DNA of 64,000 nucleotides. It comes from an uncultured Thermoleophilia bacterium (lineage in GTDB: Bacteria; Actinomycetota; Thermoleophilia; Gaiellales; Gaiellaceae). Positions 51,904 to 60,478 of the stretch are shown here, piece after piece. Within the stretch, counting starts at the first letter, position 1. Every line of letters starts with the position of its first letter. The notes under the pieces were generated by a model. It was given only the letters and a program-made list of their open reading frames with translations. It was not told the origin of the DNA and made no database searches. A program made the position numbers and the translations under genes. The stretch is from contig CAWGLA010000011.1 in NCBI GenBank assembly GCA_963823265.1, forward strand, positions 57,877 to 121,876, in the 5' to 3' direction.

Positions 51904-52742
51904 TGGCCACCGTCGACACGACATTCACCCGTCGCAAGATCCTGCGCGACGAGCTGGTCGGCCTCTACGGGGTCGTCGAACGCAACCTGTATCTGACCAG
52001 GCGCTACTTCCTGTGGGACCTCGCGTTCCTGCTCTGGACGATCGCGAACACGCTCACGATCGTGTTCATCGCGCGCGGGGTGGACGTCGGGCCGGTGCAG
52101 CAGAACGAGCTCGCGACCAAGCTGCTCGTCGGCGGCGTCATCTGGGCGTTCCTCGGGATCATCTTCGAGATCGTCACCGAGACGGTCGCCTGGGAGCGCT
52201 GGGAGGGCACGATCGAGTACACGTTCATGGCGCCGGTCTCGCGGTCGGTGCACCTGATGGGCATGGGAGTCTACGCCGTGCTGTACGGGCTCGTCCGCGC
52301 AGCGCTGATCTTCGTCGCGGTCGTGGCGTTCATCGACATCCACCTGCCGGTTGCGAACTACGGCGCGGCCGTCGCCTTGCTCGCGATCGCGTCCGTGTCG
52401 TTCATCGGCGTGGGGATGATGACCGCGGTGCTGCCGCTCATCTCCCCCGAGAAGGGCACGCAGCTCGGATTCGTCGCACAGGGGCTGATGCTCGTCGTGT
52501 CGGGCGTCTACTACCCGGTCGAGGTGCTGCCGCAGTGGATGCAGTGGATCGCGAAGATCTCGCCCGCCACGTATGCGCTGCGCGGATGCCGCAACTCGAT
52601 CCTCCTCGGCGCAGGCCTTGCCTGGGACGACGTCTGGCCGTTGCTCGTGATCGGCGCGTTCTCGATCCCGATCGGGCTGATGGTGTTCAAGGCCGGCGAG
52701 CGCTACGCCAAGAAGCAGGGCAAGTTGAAGCGTTCCGGATGA
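51903..52742 (+). CDS. ABC-2 type transporter permease
   Basis: 279 aa, six TM segments. The ATG overlaps the ATPase stop (TAATG). Confidence 0.8.
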   Translation: MATVDTTFTRRKILRDELVGLYGVVERNLYLTRRYFLWDLAFLLWTIANTLTIVFIARGVDVGPVQQNELATKLLVGGVIWAFLGIIFEIVTETVAWERWEGTIEYTFMAPVSRSVHLMGMGVYAVLYGLVRAALIFVAVVAFIDIHLPVANYGAAVALLAIASVSFIGVGMMTAVLPLISPEKGTQLGFVAQGLMLVVSGVYYPVEVLPQWMQWIAKISPATYALRGCRNSILLGAGLAWDDVWPLLVIGAFSIPIGLMVFKAGERYAKKQGKLKRSG

Positions 52743-53623
52743 TCGAGCTCCACGTCGCCGGGGACGGGGAGCTCGACGTCTGGGCGCGGCTCAAGAGCCG
52801 CGTCGTGCCGAACGAGCCCATCAGCGCCGAGCAGCTGCGTACGGCGGACGAGCCCGACCGGCTGCTCCTGCTCGCCGATCTCGACGGCGTGGTTGCCGGC
52901 TGCGGGATCGGAGCCCGATCGAACTTCGGCGGCCGGGCGTTCATCGCGGCGCGTGTCCTGCCGGAGCACCGCCGGCGCGGGGTCGGCTCGGCGCTCGTCC
53001 GTGCCCTCTCGGCGCACGCACGAGAGCTCGGTCTGACCGGCGTGAACGCGTTCGTCTACGCGGACGAGCCGCACTCGATCGCCTTCGCCGAGTCGTACGG
53101 CCTGGCCGGGGTCGACTATCAGCTCGAGCAGGTGCGCGAGATCGGCGCCGAACCGGCCCCGAAGGTTCCGACCGGGCTCGAACTGGTCGCGCTCGGCGAG
53201 CGCCGAGAGGAGCTGCTGCGCAAGGCGTGGCCGGTCGCGCTCGAGGGGTACGAGGACATGCCGCTGCCGGGGGAGGTCACGTATCGGCTCGCGACCTGGC
53301 TGCGGGACGAGGCGACGCGGCCCGAGGGGTCGTTCGCCGCCCTCGAGGACGACGCGGTGGTCGGCTACGCGGGATTGATCGAGCACGCGAGCGGGGCGGC
53401 GGTCGCCGAGCACGGACTGACGGTGGTGCGGCGCGACCGGCGTGGACGCGGGATCGCCCGGGCGCTGAAGCAGGCGCAGCTCGACTGGGCGGCCCGCGCG
53501 GGCGTCACCCGGCTCGTCACCTGGACGCAGCAGGGCAACGAGGCGATGCAGGCGTTGAACCGCAGCCTCGGCTACGTCGACGAATCGAAGGTGATCACCT
53601 TTCAGGGGACGCTGCCGGAGTGA
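52739..53623 (+). CDS. double-GNAT acetyltransferase
   Basis: There are two GNAT motif A copies (PEHRRRGVGSALVRAL and RRDRRGRGIARALKQA). The ATG overlaps the permease stop (ATGA). Confidence 0.75.
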   Translation: MIELHVAGDGELDVWARLKSRVVPNEPISAEQLRTADEPDRLLLLADLDGVVAGCGIGARSNFGGRAFIAARVLPEHRRRGVGSALVRALSAHARELGLTGVNAFVYADEPHSIAFAESYGLAGVDYQLEQVREIGAEPAPKVPTGLELVALGERREELLRKAWPVALEGYEDMPLPGEVTYRLATWLRDEATRPEGSFAALEDDAVVGYAGLIEHASGAAVAEHGLTVVRRDRRGRGIARALKQAQLDWAARAGVTRLVTWTQQGNEAMQALNRSLGYVDESKVITFQGTLPE

Positions 53624-53669
53624 TACGACTGGGGCCTCTTTCGTTTTCCCCTCGAGAGGAGCTGGCGGA

Positions 53670-55033
53670 ATGGCAATGATCGAGAGCAAGGACCGGGCAA
53701 CCTCCGATCCCAAGGCCCGCAAGGCCGTGCTCGAGGAGGTGAAGAAGGAGGGCGTCGAGTACGTCCTCTTCTGGTTCACGGACATCGAAGGCCACCTGAA
53801 GAGCTTTGCGATCACGCCGTCGGAGATCGAGGGAGCGCTGAACGACGGGATGGGGTTCGACGGGTCGTCGATCACCGGCTTCAACGCGATCGAGGAGTCG
53901 GACATGGTCGCGATCCCGGACCCGGGCACCTGGCGCCTGATGCCGACCCGTGCCGGAGAGGCGAAGGTCGGCCGCATGATCTGCGACGTCGTCAAGCCGG
54001 ACGGCCAGCCGTACGAGGGCGACCCGCGCTACGTGATGCGCCGGGCGCTCGAGCGCATGGAGTCGATGGGCTTCGACACGTTCAACGTCGGCCCGGAGCT
54101 CGAATACTTCCTGTTCAAGGACAAGGAAGGGACCGAGACGCTCGACGAGGGCGGGTACTTCGCGATGACGGCGCTCGACGCCGCGACGGAGCTGCGCAAC
54201 GAGACGATCCGCGCTCTCGAGCCATGGGGATCGGCATCGAGTACCACCATCACGAGGTGGCGCCGTCCCAGCACGAGATCGACATGCGCTACTCCTCGGC
54301 GCTCGACATGGCCGACCAGACGATCACCTACCGGTTGATCGTCAAGGAGGTGGCGGCGAAGAACGGGGTCTACGCGACGTTCATGCCGAAGCCGCTCTTC
54401 GGGGAGAACGGGTCGGGCATGCACACTCACATGTCGCTCTTCAAGGAGGGCCGGAACCAGTTCTTCGACGGGAGCGACCAGTACAACCTCTCGCCGACCG
54501 GCAAGCAGTTCATCGCGGGCCTGCTCCGGCACGCGCGCGAGCTGTCCGGCGTCTTCGCCCAGTGGGTCAACTCGTACAAGCGGCTGGTGCCCGGCTACGA
54601 GGCGCCGGTCTACGTCGCGTGGTCACAGCGCAACCGGTCGGCGCTGATCCGGATCCCGCTCTACAAGCCGGGCTCGGAGCAGGCGACCCGCGCCGAGATC
54701 CGCTGTCCCGACCCGGCCTGCAACCCGTACCTCACCTTCGCGGCGCTGCTGCACGCCGGCCTCGAGGGGATCGAGCAGGGCTACGAGCTCGAGGCGCCGA
54801 TGGAGACGAACCTCTACCACCTGACCGCCGAGGAGCGGCGCGACCAGGGCATCGTCTCGCTGCCGGAGACGCTCGGCGAGGCGATCGACGAGTTCGCCGG
54901 GTCCGACCTGATGCGGCGTGCCTTCGGCGACCACATCTTCACGGCGTACGTGAAGCTCAAGCGCAAGGAATGGGACGAGTACCGCGTCCAGCTGACGCAG
55001 TGGGAGCTCGACCGGTACCTGGGCGTGCTCTAG
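53670..55033 (+). pseudogene. glnA: glutamine synthetase type I, single frameshift
   Basis: The N-terminus is ...VEYVLFWFTDIEGHLKSFAI...GFDGSSITGF...NVGPELEYFLF... up to ...ETIRALE. After a switch near 54216-54222 the protein continues MGIGIEYHHHEVAPSQHEIDMRY...NGSGMHTHMSLF...SYKRLVPGYEAP...NRSALIRIP... The length is 3n+2. Confidence 0.85.
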
Positions 55034-55045
55034 CGGCTGCGCATG

Positions 55046-55075
55046 GGTGTCTGACACCTTCGGGTGTCAGACACC
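55046..55075. repeat. tandem 13-bp palindrome / 13-bp perfect hairpin (GGTGTCTGACACC ttcg GGTGTCAGACACC)
   Basis: Read directly from the sequence. It lies 13 nt after the glnA stop. No U-tract follows. Confidence 0.6.
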
Positions 55076-55079
55076 TGCC

Positions 55080-55334
55080 TTACAGGAACGTACGGATCGA
55101 CTCGCGCTCGACGCGCAGGCCGATCACCTTCGAGCCGCCGTCGATCTGCTCGATCGACTCGGCCGGCACGAGCCGGCGCCGGCGCGCGAGCCAGCCGGAA
55201 CGGACGGAGAGCGCGTCCGGCGTCTCGGGGGAGGTGCCGTACATGGGGCACTCGACCGTCCCGACCACGCGGCCCTTGGCATCTGCCACGAGAAAGCCTG
55301 CAGTTCCACGGAGATCGATCGCGAGGGCGCTCAC
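55080..55334 (-). CDS. PRC-barrel-like small protein
   Basis: 84 aa, GTG start. ...FLVADAKGRVVGTVECPMY...RRRLVPAESIEQID... This is weak motif recognition. Confidence 0.45.
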   Translation of the reverse strand: MSALAIDLRGTAGFLVADAKGRVVGTVECPMYGTSPETPDALSVRSGWLARRRRLVPAESIEQIDGGSKVIGLRVERESIRTFL

Positions 55335-55392
55335 TGCGCTGAACCTATTCCCCGTTTGCGAGGAGTTTCCCCCCCTTGGCGTAAACGTTTTG

Positions 55393-55827
55393 TTAGCCCC
55401 ATTTTCCGGACATGGCGAGCCAGGCGACGGCGAGCAGGACGAGGTAGAGGGACGTGATCGCGGCCACGATCCGGCCGGCGAGCGGCTTGCCGCCCCGCAG
55501 CCACCAGTAGGCGCAGCCGATCGCGGCCAGGAGGAGCAGGAGGCCGGCGTCCGAGACCCCGAAGCCGATCCCGATCCAGGTCGGGTCGTCGTGGCCGCTG
55601 AATCCTTCCTCCGAGTAGATCCACTGCGCGCCCACGCGGAGGACGACGTAGTCCGGGATGCCGGAGACGAGCGCCCAGAAGGTCGCCTTGCGGAGGAACG
55701 CGCGGTCGGGCGCCCGCCACGCGGCGCCGGAGAGGATCACCGCGGCGAGGACCGCCCCGAAGAGGGTCATCGCACCGAGCACGTGCAGGAAGAGCGGCCA
55801 GAAGGGCCGGCTGTAGGCGAGCACCAC
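55393..55827 (-). CDS. integral membrane protein (4 TM), hypothetical
   Basis: 144 aa with a hydrophobic profile. It is translationally coupled to the upstream gene: its start at 55827 abuts that gene's stop. Confidence 0.5.
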   Translation of the reverse strand: MVLAYSRPFWPLFLHVLGAMTLFGAVLAAVILSGAAWRAPDRAFLRKATFWALVSGIPDYVVLRVGAQWIYSEEGFSGHDDPTWIGIGFGVSDAGLLLLLAAIGCAYWWLRGGKPLAGRIVAAITSLYLVLLAVAWLAMSGKWG

Positions 55828-56333
55828 TAGGCGCCCGGCTTCCAGATCATCAGGACGAGGATCCCGAGGGTGGCGAGCCCGGCGAGCCAGGAGATCGCGT
55901 TCCCTCTCGGGTCGCGGAGCAGCGCGCGCAGCTCGTCCGTCGACGTGTCGCCCGCGGCGGCGAGTTGCTCGGCCAGCTTGCGGGAGCGCTCCTGGTGGCG
56001 GCCGCCGATCCCGCCGAGCGCGTTAGCGATCACCCAGAGCACGAGCGAGGCCCAGATCCACCATGCTTCGAGCGGGAGGTCCAGCTCGTGCCAGAGCCAG
56101 ATGCCGAAGACGAGCGTCCCGGCGACGCCGATGCCGATCACCGGCAGCGTCACGCGGACGAGACGCAGCAGGTAGGCCGCCTCACTCGGGCGTTCCGAGC
56201 GCACGGCAAGCGTGTTGAGGATCGCGGCTGCGACCGATCCGCCGACGAAGAAGAACGCTGCTGTGATGTGCAGCATCAGCAGCCACTGGGCCGTGGTCAC
56301 CGGGCGAGCGTACGCTTCGCCGCGGATGGACAC
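55827..56333 (-). CDS. DUF2269-like integral membrane protein
   Basis: 168 aa, 4 TM. ...WLLMLHITAAFFFVGGSVAAAILN... The family call is from memory. Confidence 0.55.
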   Translation of the reverse strand: MSIRGEAYARPVTTAQWLLMLHITAAFFFVGGSVAAAILNTLAVRSERPSEAAYLLRLVRVTLPVIGIGVAGTLVFGIWLWHELDLPLEAWWIWASLVLWVIANALGGIGGRHQERSRKLAEQLAAAGDTSTDELRALLRDPRGNAISWLAGLATLGILVLMIWKPGA

Positions 56334-57736
56334 GCGCGAGCGTCATCTGCGCCTCCTGACCGAGACGATCGAGGCGGTCAACTCGACGCTCGACCTGCAG
56401 GAGGTCATGGGCCTCGTGGCCTCGAAGGTGGCGATGGCGCTGGTCGCGGACGCGTGCTTCGTCTACCTCTACGACGAGCGCGCGGACGAGCTCGTCCTGC
56501 GCGCGACGCACGGCACCTCGATCGACGAGATGTCCCGGCGCCCGCGGATGCGCCCGGGCGAGGGGATCACCGGCTCGGCCGCCGCCGCACGGGCAGCGGT
56601 GATGCTCGAGTCCCAGGCGCATCTCGATCCACGGTTCAAGAACTTCCCGAACCTTCCCGAGGACGAGTACGAATCGATCCTCGCCGTGCCGATCCTCACG
56701 CGCGACGGCACGCTCGAAGGAGCCCTCAACGTCCGCACGCGCGATCCGCGCGCGTTCTCGGAGGACGAGGTCGACTTGCTGCTCGCGATCGCCGCGCAGG
56801 TCGCGCAGTCGATCGAGCACGCGAAGCTCTACTCGGAAGCCCAGCGGCGCGTGCACGAGCTGGAGGCGCTGGCGCGGATCTCGGAAGCGGTCTCCGACTC
56901 CCTCTACCTGGAGGAGTCGCTCGAGGCGATCGTCAAGACGACGATGGACGCGCTCGACGCGACGGGCGCGGCGCTCGTGCTGGACGACGGCCGCATCGCC
57001 TGGCCGGAGGGAGTCGCGTCCACGCATGCGATCCGGCAACCGCTGCGCTGGCGCGGCCGGCAGATCGGCGAGCTCGTCGCCGATCGTGACCGCGCCTTCA
57101 CCGATCCGGATCGCGAGCTGCTCGGGTCGATCGCGACCCATGCTGCGGTTGCGCTCGAGCACGGGCGCGCGGTGCTGCGCGGCGTGCTCGCGCAAGAGAT
57201 CCACCATCGCGTGAAGAACAACCTCCAGACAGTCGCGTCGCTGCTGCGGCTGCAGGCGCGGTCCGCGGACACGATCGACCCGCGCGAGGCGCTCGAGCAC
57301 TCCGTCAACCGGATCCTCGCGATCGCCGCCGTGCACGAGCTGCTCACCGAGCGTCGTGACGAGGACGTCGAGCTCGCCGACCTGATCGACCGGCTCCGCG
57401 CGATGCTCGTCCAGGGCGTCGGTGGCGGCAAAGAAGTGACGGCGCGAGCTCGAGCCGGTGTCGCTGCCGAGCGCCCGGGCCACCGCGCTCGCCCTCGTGT
57501 TCGCCGAGCTCCTGCAGAACGCGCTCGAGCACGGCGGCGATCGCATTCGGGTCGAGCTCGCGCGGCGGGACGGCGAGATCGTCCTGGCGATCGCCGACGA
57601 CGGGTCGGGCGTCGACGCAGTCGTGGCGGGCACCGGGCTGTCGATCGTGCAGGCGCTCGTTCGCGACGAGCTCCGCGGGGCGCTCGACCTGACCTCGGTC
57701 GGCGGCACCCGCGCCGAGGTCGTCTTCCCCGCCTAG
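56326..57736 (+). pseudogene. pdtaS: GAF-containing HisKA_2-type sensor histidine kinase (PdtaS-like), single frameshift
   Basis: The GAF region reads ...LVLRATHGTSIDEM...GEGITGSAAA...SILAVPIL.... The H-box is EIHHRVKNNLQTVASLLRLQ. The switch is near 57440-57450. The ATPase part then continues ...ATALALVFAELLQNALEHGG...IADDGSGV...GTGLSIVQALV. The length is 3n+1. Confidence 0.75.
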
Positions 57737-58239
57737 AGCGCCTCCTGGATGCGGCGACCGCGCGCGGTCGGGCGATAGATCGTCGTGGGCGGTCGCGTCG
57801 CGACGACCTCGCGACGGATCAGCCTCGCCCCTTCGAGGTCCTGCAGCGCGAGTGCGAGCGCTCGTGGGGAGACCTCGAGCGACGAGCGCAGCTCGGAGAA
57901 CCGCCGCTCCTCGCCCAGCTCGGCGAGCACCGGGACCGACCACTTGCGCAGCAGGACCGCCGGGTCTCCGGCGGCGAGCACCCGGGCTGCCAGCTCGGCG
58001 GCCCGTTGGCCCTGCGGCGCCAGCACGTATTCGGGGCGCAGCGGGTGGCCGTAGCCGGGGTTGCGGCGCACGTAGCCGAGGGCGATCAGTGCGTCGATCG
58101 CGCGGTTCAGCGACTCGCGCCCGACGTCGAGCTTCCGCTGCAGCTCGACGAAGCGCACTCCGCCGCGCTCGCCGAGCAACGCGAGTGCCGGAGGCGCCCA
58201 GCGATGGTGAAAGAGCTCGATCAAATCGACGGTTGACAT
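57733..58239 (-). CDS. HxlR-type winged-helix regulator with two tandem wHTH modules
   Basis: The second module is classic HxlR (RKWSVPVLAELGEERRFSELRSSLEVSPRALALALQDLEGARLIRRE...IYRPTARG). The first is a degenerate copy (HHRWAPPALALLGERGGVRFVELQRKLDV...). Confidence 0.75.
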   Translation of the reverse strand: MSTVDLIELFHHRWAPPALALLGERGGVRFVELQRKLDVGRESLNRAIDALIALGYVRRNPGYGHPLRPEYVLAPQGQRAAELAARVLAAGDPAVLLRKWSVPVLAELGEERRFSELRSSLEVSPRALALALQDLEGARLIRREVVATRPPTTIYRPTARGRRIQEAL

Positions 58240-58261
58240 GAAACAGTAGGAAGTATAAAAA
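58233..58261 (+). promoter_or_regulatory. possible promoter (TTGACA ... TATAAA) giving a near-leaderless VOC transcript
   Basis: TTGACA lies at 58233-58238 and TATAAA at 58254-58259. The spacing is only 15 nt, or 17 nt to TAAAAA. The ATG is at 58268. It is an AT-rich island in GC-rich DNA. Confidence 0.25.
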
Positions 58262-58267
58262 CAGCAC

Positions 58268-58648
58268 ATGACGATTCAATACAACCCAGAGAACTGCGTC
58301 ATCTCGGTCGGGGTGACCGACTACGACCGGTCGCTCGCCTGGTATCGCGAGGTGCTCGGCTTCGAGCTCGTCTACGAGCTGAAGGACTACGGCTGGTGCG
58401 AGCTCTCGACACCGTTCGGCTTTCACATCGGCCTCGGCCAGTCGGAGAGCGTGACGCCCGGCAACATCACGCCCACGTTCGGCGTCCACGACATCGATGC
58501 CGCGATCGCGCATCTGCGCGGCCACGACGTCAAGGTCGAGGACTGGCACGAGATCCCGGACATGGTCAGGCTCTCGACGTTCTACGACCCGGACGGCACG
58601 TCGTGGATGCTTGCCCAGACGCTGGATCGAAAGGACGAGCGCGGCTAG
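58268..58648 (+). CDS. VOC/glyoxalase-family protein
   Basis: 126 aa. ...VGVTDYDRSLAWYREVLGFEL...STFYDPDGTSWMLAQ. Confidence 0.8.
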   Translation: MTIQYNPENCVISVGVTDYDRSLAWYREVLGFELVYELKDYGWCELSTPFGFHIGLGQSESVTPGNITPTFGVHDIDAAIAHLRGHDVKVEDWHEIPDMVRLSTFYDPDGTSWMLAQTLDRKDERG

Positions 58649-58957
58649 AGGCAGCGGGTGAGCTCGAGCCGACTGCGGCGGTGCGGAGGCGCGTCACGCC
58701 ACCGCGGTTCGCGACCAGTCCGTTCCACCACACCGCCGCGGCCGGCTGCGGGCAGGCGACTGAATCGTACGATCCCGGGAGGCAAAATAGAGCTGAAGTT
58801 CCACTTTCGCCCCACTTCCGTGCACGCTCCGTTTGGGTGGCTGCCACCAGACTTGTCTGAGCGAGACACGGCCAAGCGCGAGGGGTGTGCGTGACGTGAG
58901 TGCAACGCGGCGGTTCGGAGCCCACACGCCCGCGATCGCTCGGGCACGTACTCGGAG

Positions 58958-59218
58958 CTACTCGGGCTGGTCTTCGAACGAGAAGTGGAAGTGGTCGCCG
59001 TGGCTGTGCACGCCGAGCACCTGGTCCTCCAGCACCTCGGCTGCGGCCGGGTCGAGGAAGACACGCGCCTCGCCCCGCTCGATCACCTCGTCGCCCTCGC
59101 TCGGCTCGGACGCCTCGTCGATCGAGATCTCGACCTCGCCCTCGACCTCCTCGGCCGTGATGCGGATCGTGCCGATCTGGGCGAGCGCGGCAACGGCCTC
59201 GTCGTCGATCTGCAGCAT
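58958..59218 (-). CDS. small acidic hypothetical protein
   Basis: 86 aa. MLQIDDEAVAALAQIG...VFLDPAAAEVLEDQVLGV... It loosely resembles an IscA/HesB-type fold but lacks the Cys ligands. The codon usage looks like coding sequence. Confidence 0.5.
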   Translation of the reverse strand: MLQIDDEAVAALAQIGTIRITAEEVEGEVEISIDEASEPSEGDEVIERGEARVFLDPAAAEVLEDQVLGVHSHGDHFHFSFEDQPE

Positions 59219-59236
59219 CGTGCGATTCTATTGCGG

Positions 59237-59806
59237 ATGAGGATCCTGATCGCCGAGGACGAGACGATCATCCGGCTCGATCTGCGCGACCTGCTGGAGC
59301 GGAGCGGGCATGAAGTCGTCGCAGAGGCGCGGGACGGCGAAGAGGCGGTCGCGCTTGCCCGCGAGCACGAGCCCGAGCTGGCGATCATGGACGTGAAGAT
59401 GCCGAAGCTCGACGGGATCGAGGCCGCAAAGCAGATCCTCGGCGAGCGGCCGATCCCGATCGTGATGCTGACCGCGTACGGCCAGGAGGAGCTCGTCAGC
59501 CGCGCGGTCGAGGCCGGCGTCTTCGGCTACCTCGTCAAGCCGTTCCGGGAGCAGGATCTCGTCCCGGCGATCGCGACCGCCCGCGCCCGGCACGAGGAGC
59601 TCGCCGCGGTGCGCGAGGAGGCCGAGTCGCTGGCCGACGCGCTGTCCGCGCGCAAGGCGATCGAACGCGCGAAGGGCCTGCTGATGGAGCGGGACGGCCT
59701 GTCCGAGGAAGCGGCGTTCGCGCGGCTGCGCAAGGCCAGCCAGGTCTCGGGCCGGCCGTTGAAGGTGATCGCTGAAGCAGTGATCGCTACGCTCGCCACT
59801 GAATGA
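59237..59806 (+). CDS. pdtaR: response regulator with ANTAR RNA-binding output domain (PdtaR-like)
   Basis: The receiver domain reads MRILIAEDETIIRLDL...AIMDVKMPKLDG...LTAYG. The ANTAR domain reads ...ALSARKAIERAKGLLMERDGLSEEAAFARLRKASQVSGRPLKVIAEAVI. Confidence 0.88.
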   Translation: MRILIAEDETIIRLDLRDLLERSGHEVVAEARDGEEAVALAREHEPELAIMDVKMPKLDGIEAAKQILGERPIPIVMLTAYGQEELVSRAVEAGVFGYLVKPFREQDLVPAIATARARHEELAAVREEAESLADALSARKAIERAKGLLMERDGLSEEAAFARLRKASQVSGRPLKVIAEAVIATLATE

Positions 59807-60096
59807 CCCAGACGCTCACACCTCCCCGGACCAGGCTGCGCCGCTCGAGCGGCTCCGGCGCCGGCGATGCCTGGCGCGTGATCGTCCGCAACGACGACCA
59901 CAACAGCTTCGAAGGGGTGGCGTTCGCCCTCGCGCAGACGATCCCCGGCGTCGACTACGACAAGGGCATGGCGCTCGCGAACAAGATCCACACGACGGGC
60001 CAGGCGATCGTGTGGTCGGGCCACCGCGAGCTCGCCGAGCTCTACCACTCACAGCTCGAGGGCTACGGGCTGACACTCGCGCCGCTTGAGCGCTGA
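59803..60096 (+). CDS. clpS: ATP-dependent Clp protease adaptor ClpS
   Basis: ...WRVIVRNDDHNSFEGVAFALAQTIPGVDYDKGMALANKIHTTGQAIVWSGHRELAELY... Confidence 0.85.
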   Translation: MTQTLTPPRTRLRRSSGSGAGDAWRVIVRNDDHNSFEGVAFALAQTIPGVDYDKGMALANKIHTTGQAIVWSGHRELAELYHSQLEGYGLTLAPLER

Positions 60097-60478
60097 GGCC
60101 CTCGCGGGGATCGATCGCGTCTTCGCGGCGTTTCGCGGCGGCGATCCGCGTGCGCTCTTCGAGGTGATCGCCGCCGACGCGACGTGGATCGTCAACGGGA
60201 CCGTCCCCGTGGCCCAGGACTACGTCGGGCGGGAACGGATCTTCGACCTCTTCCGCGAGACGCGCAGGCTCACCGACGGCACGTACCTGAGCACGCTGCG
60301 CTGGTCGCTCGCCGACGACGAGCACGCCGTCGCCGTCTACCGCGCGCAGGGCAGGCGCCTCGGCCGTGAGCTCGACATCGACCAGGTGCTCGTGATCGAC
60401 CATGCGCTCGGTGTCTGGCAGCGGATCACCGCCATCCCGGCCGACCCGCCCGCGTTCGAAGCGTTCTGGGCAGCGTGA
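60086..60478 (+). CDS. SnoaL/NTF2-like fold protein
   Basis: 130 aa with an alternative (TTG) start. The pattern ...FAAFRGGDPRALFEVIAADATWIV... is typical of SnoaL-like domains. Confidence 0.6.
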   Translation: MSAEALAGIDRVFAAFRGGDPRALFEVIAADATWIVNGTVPVAQDYVGRERIFDLFRETRRLTDGTYLSTLRWSLADDEHAVAVYRAQGRRLGRELDIDQVLVIDHALGVWQRITAIPADPPAFEAFWAA

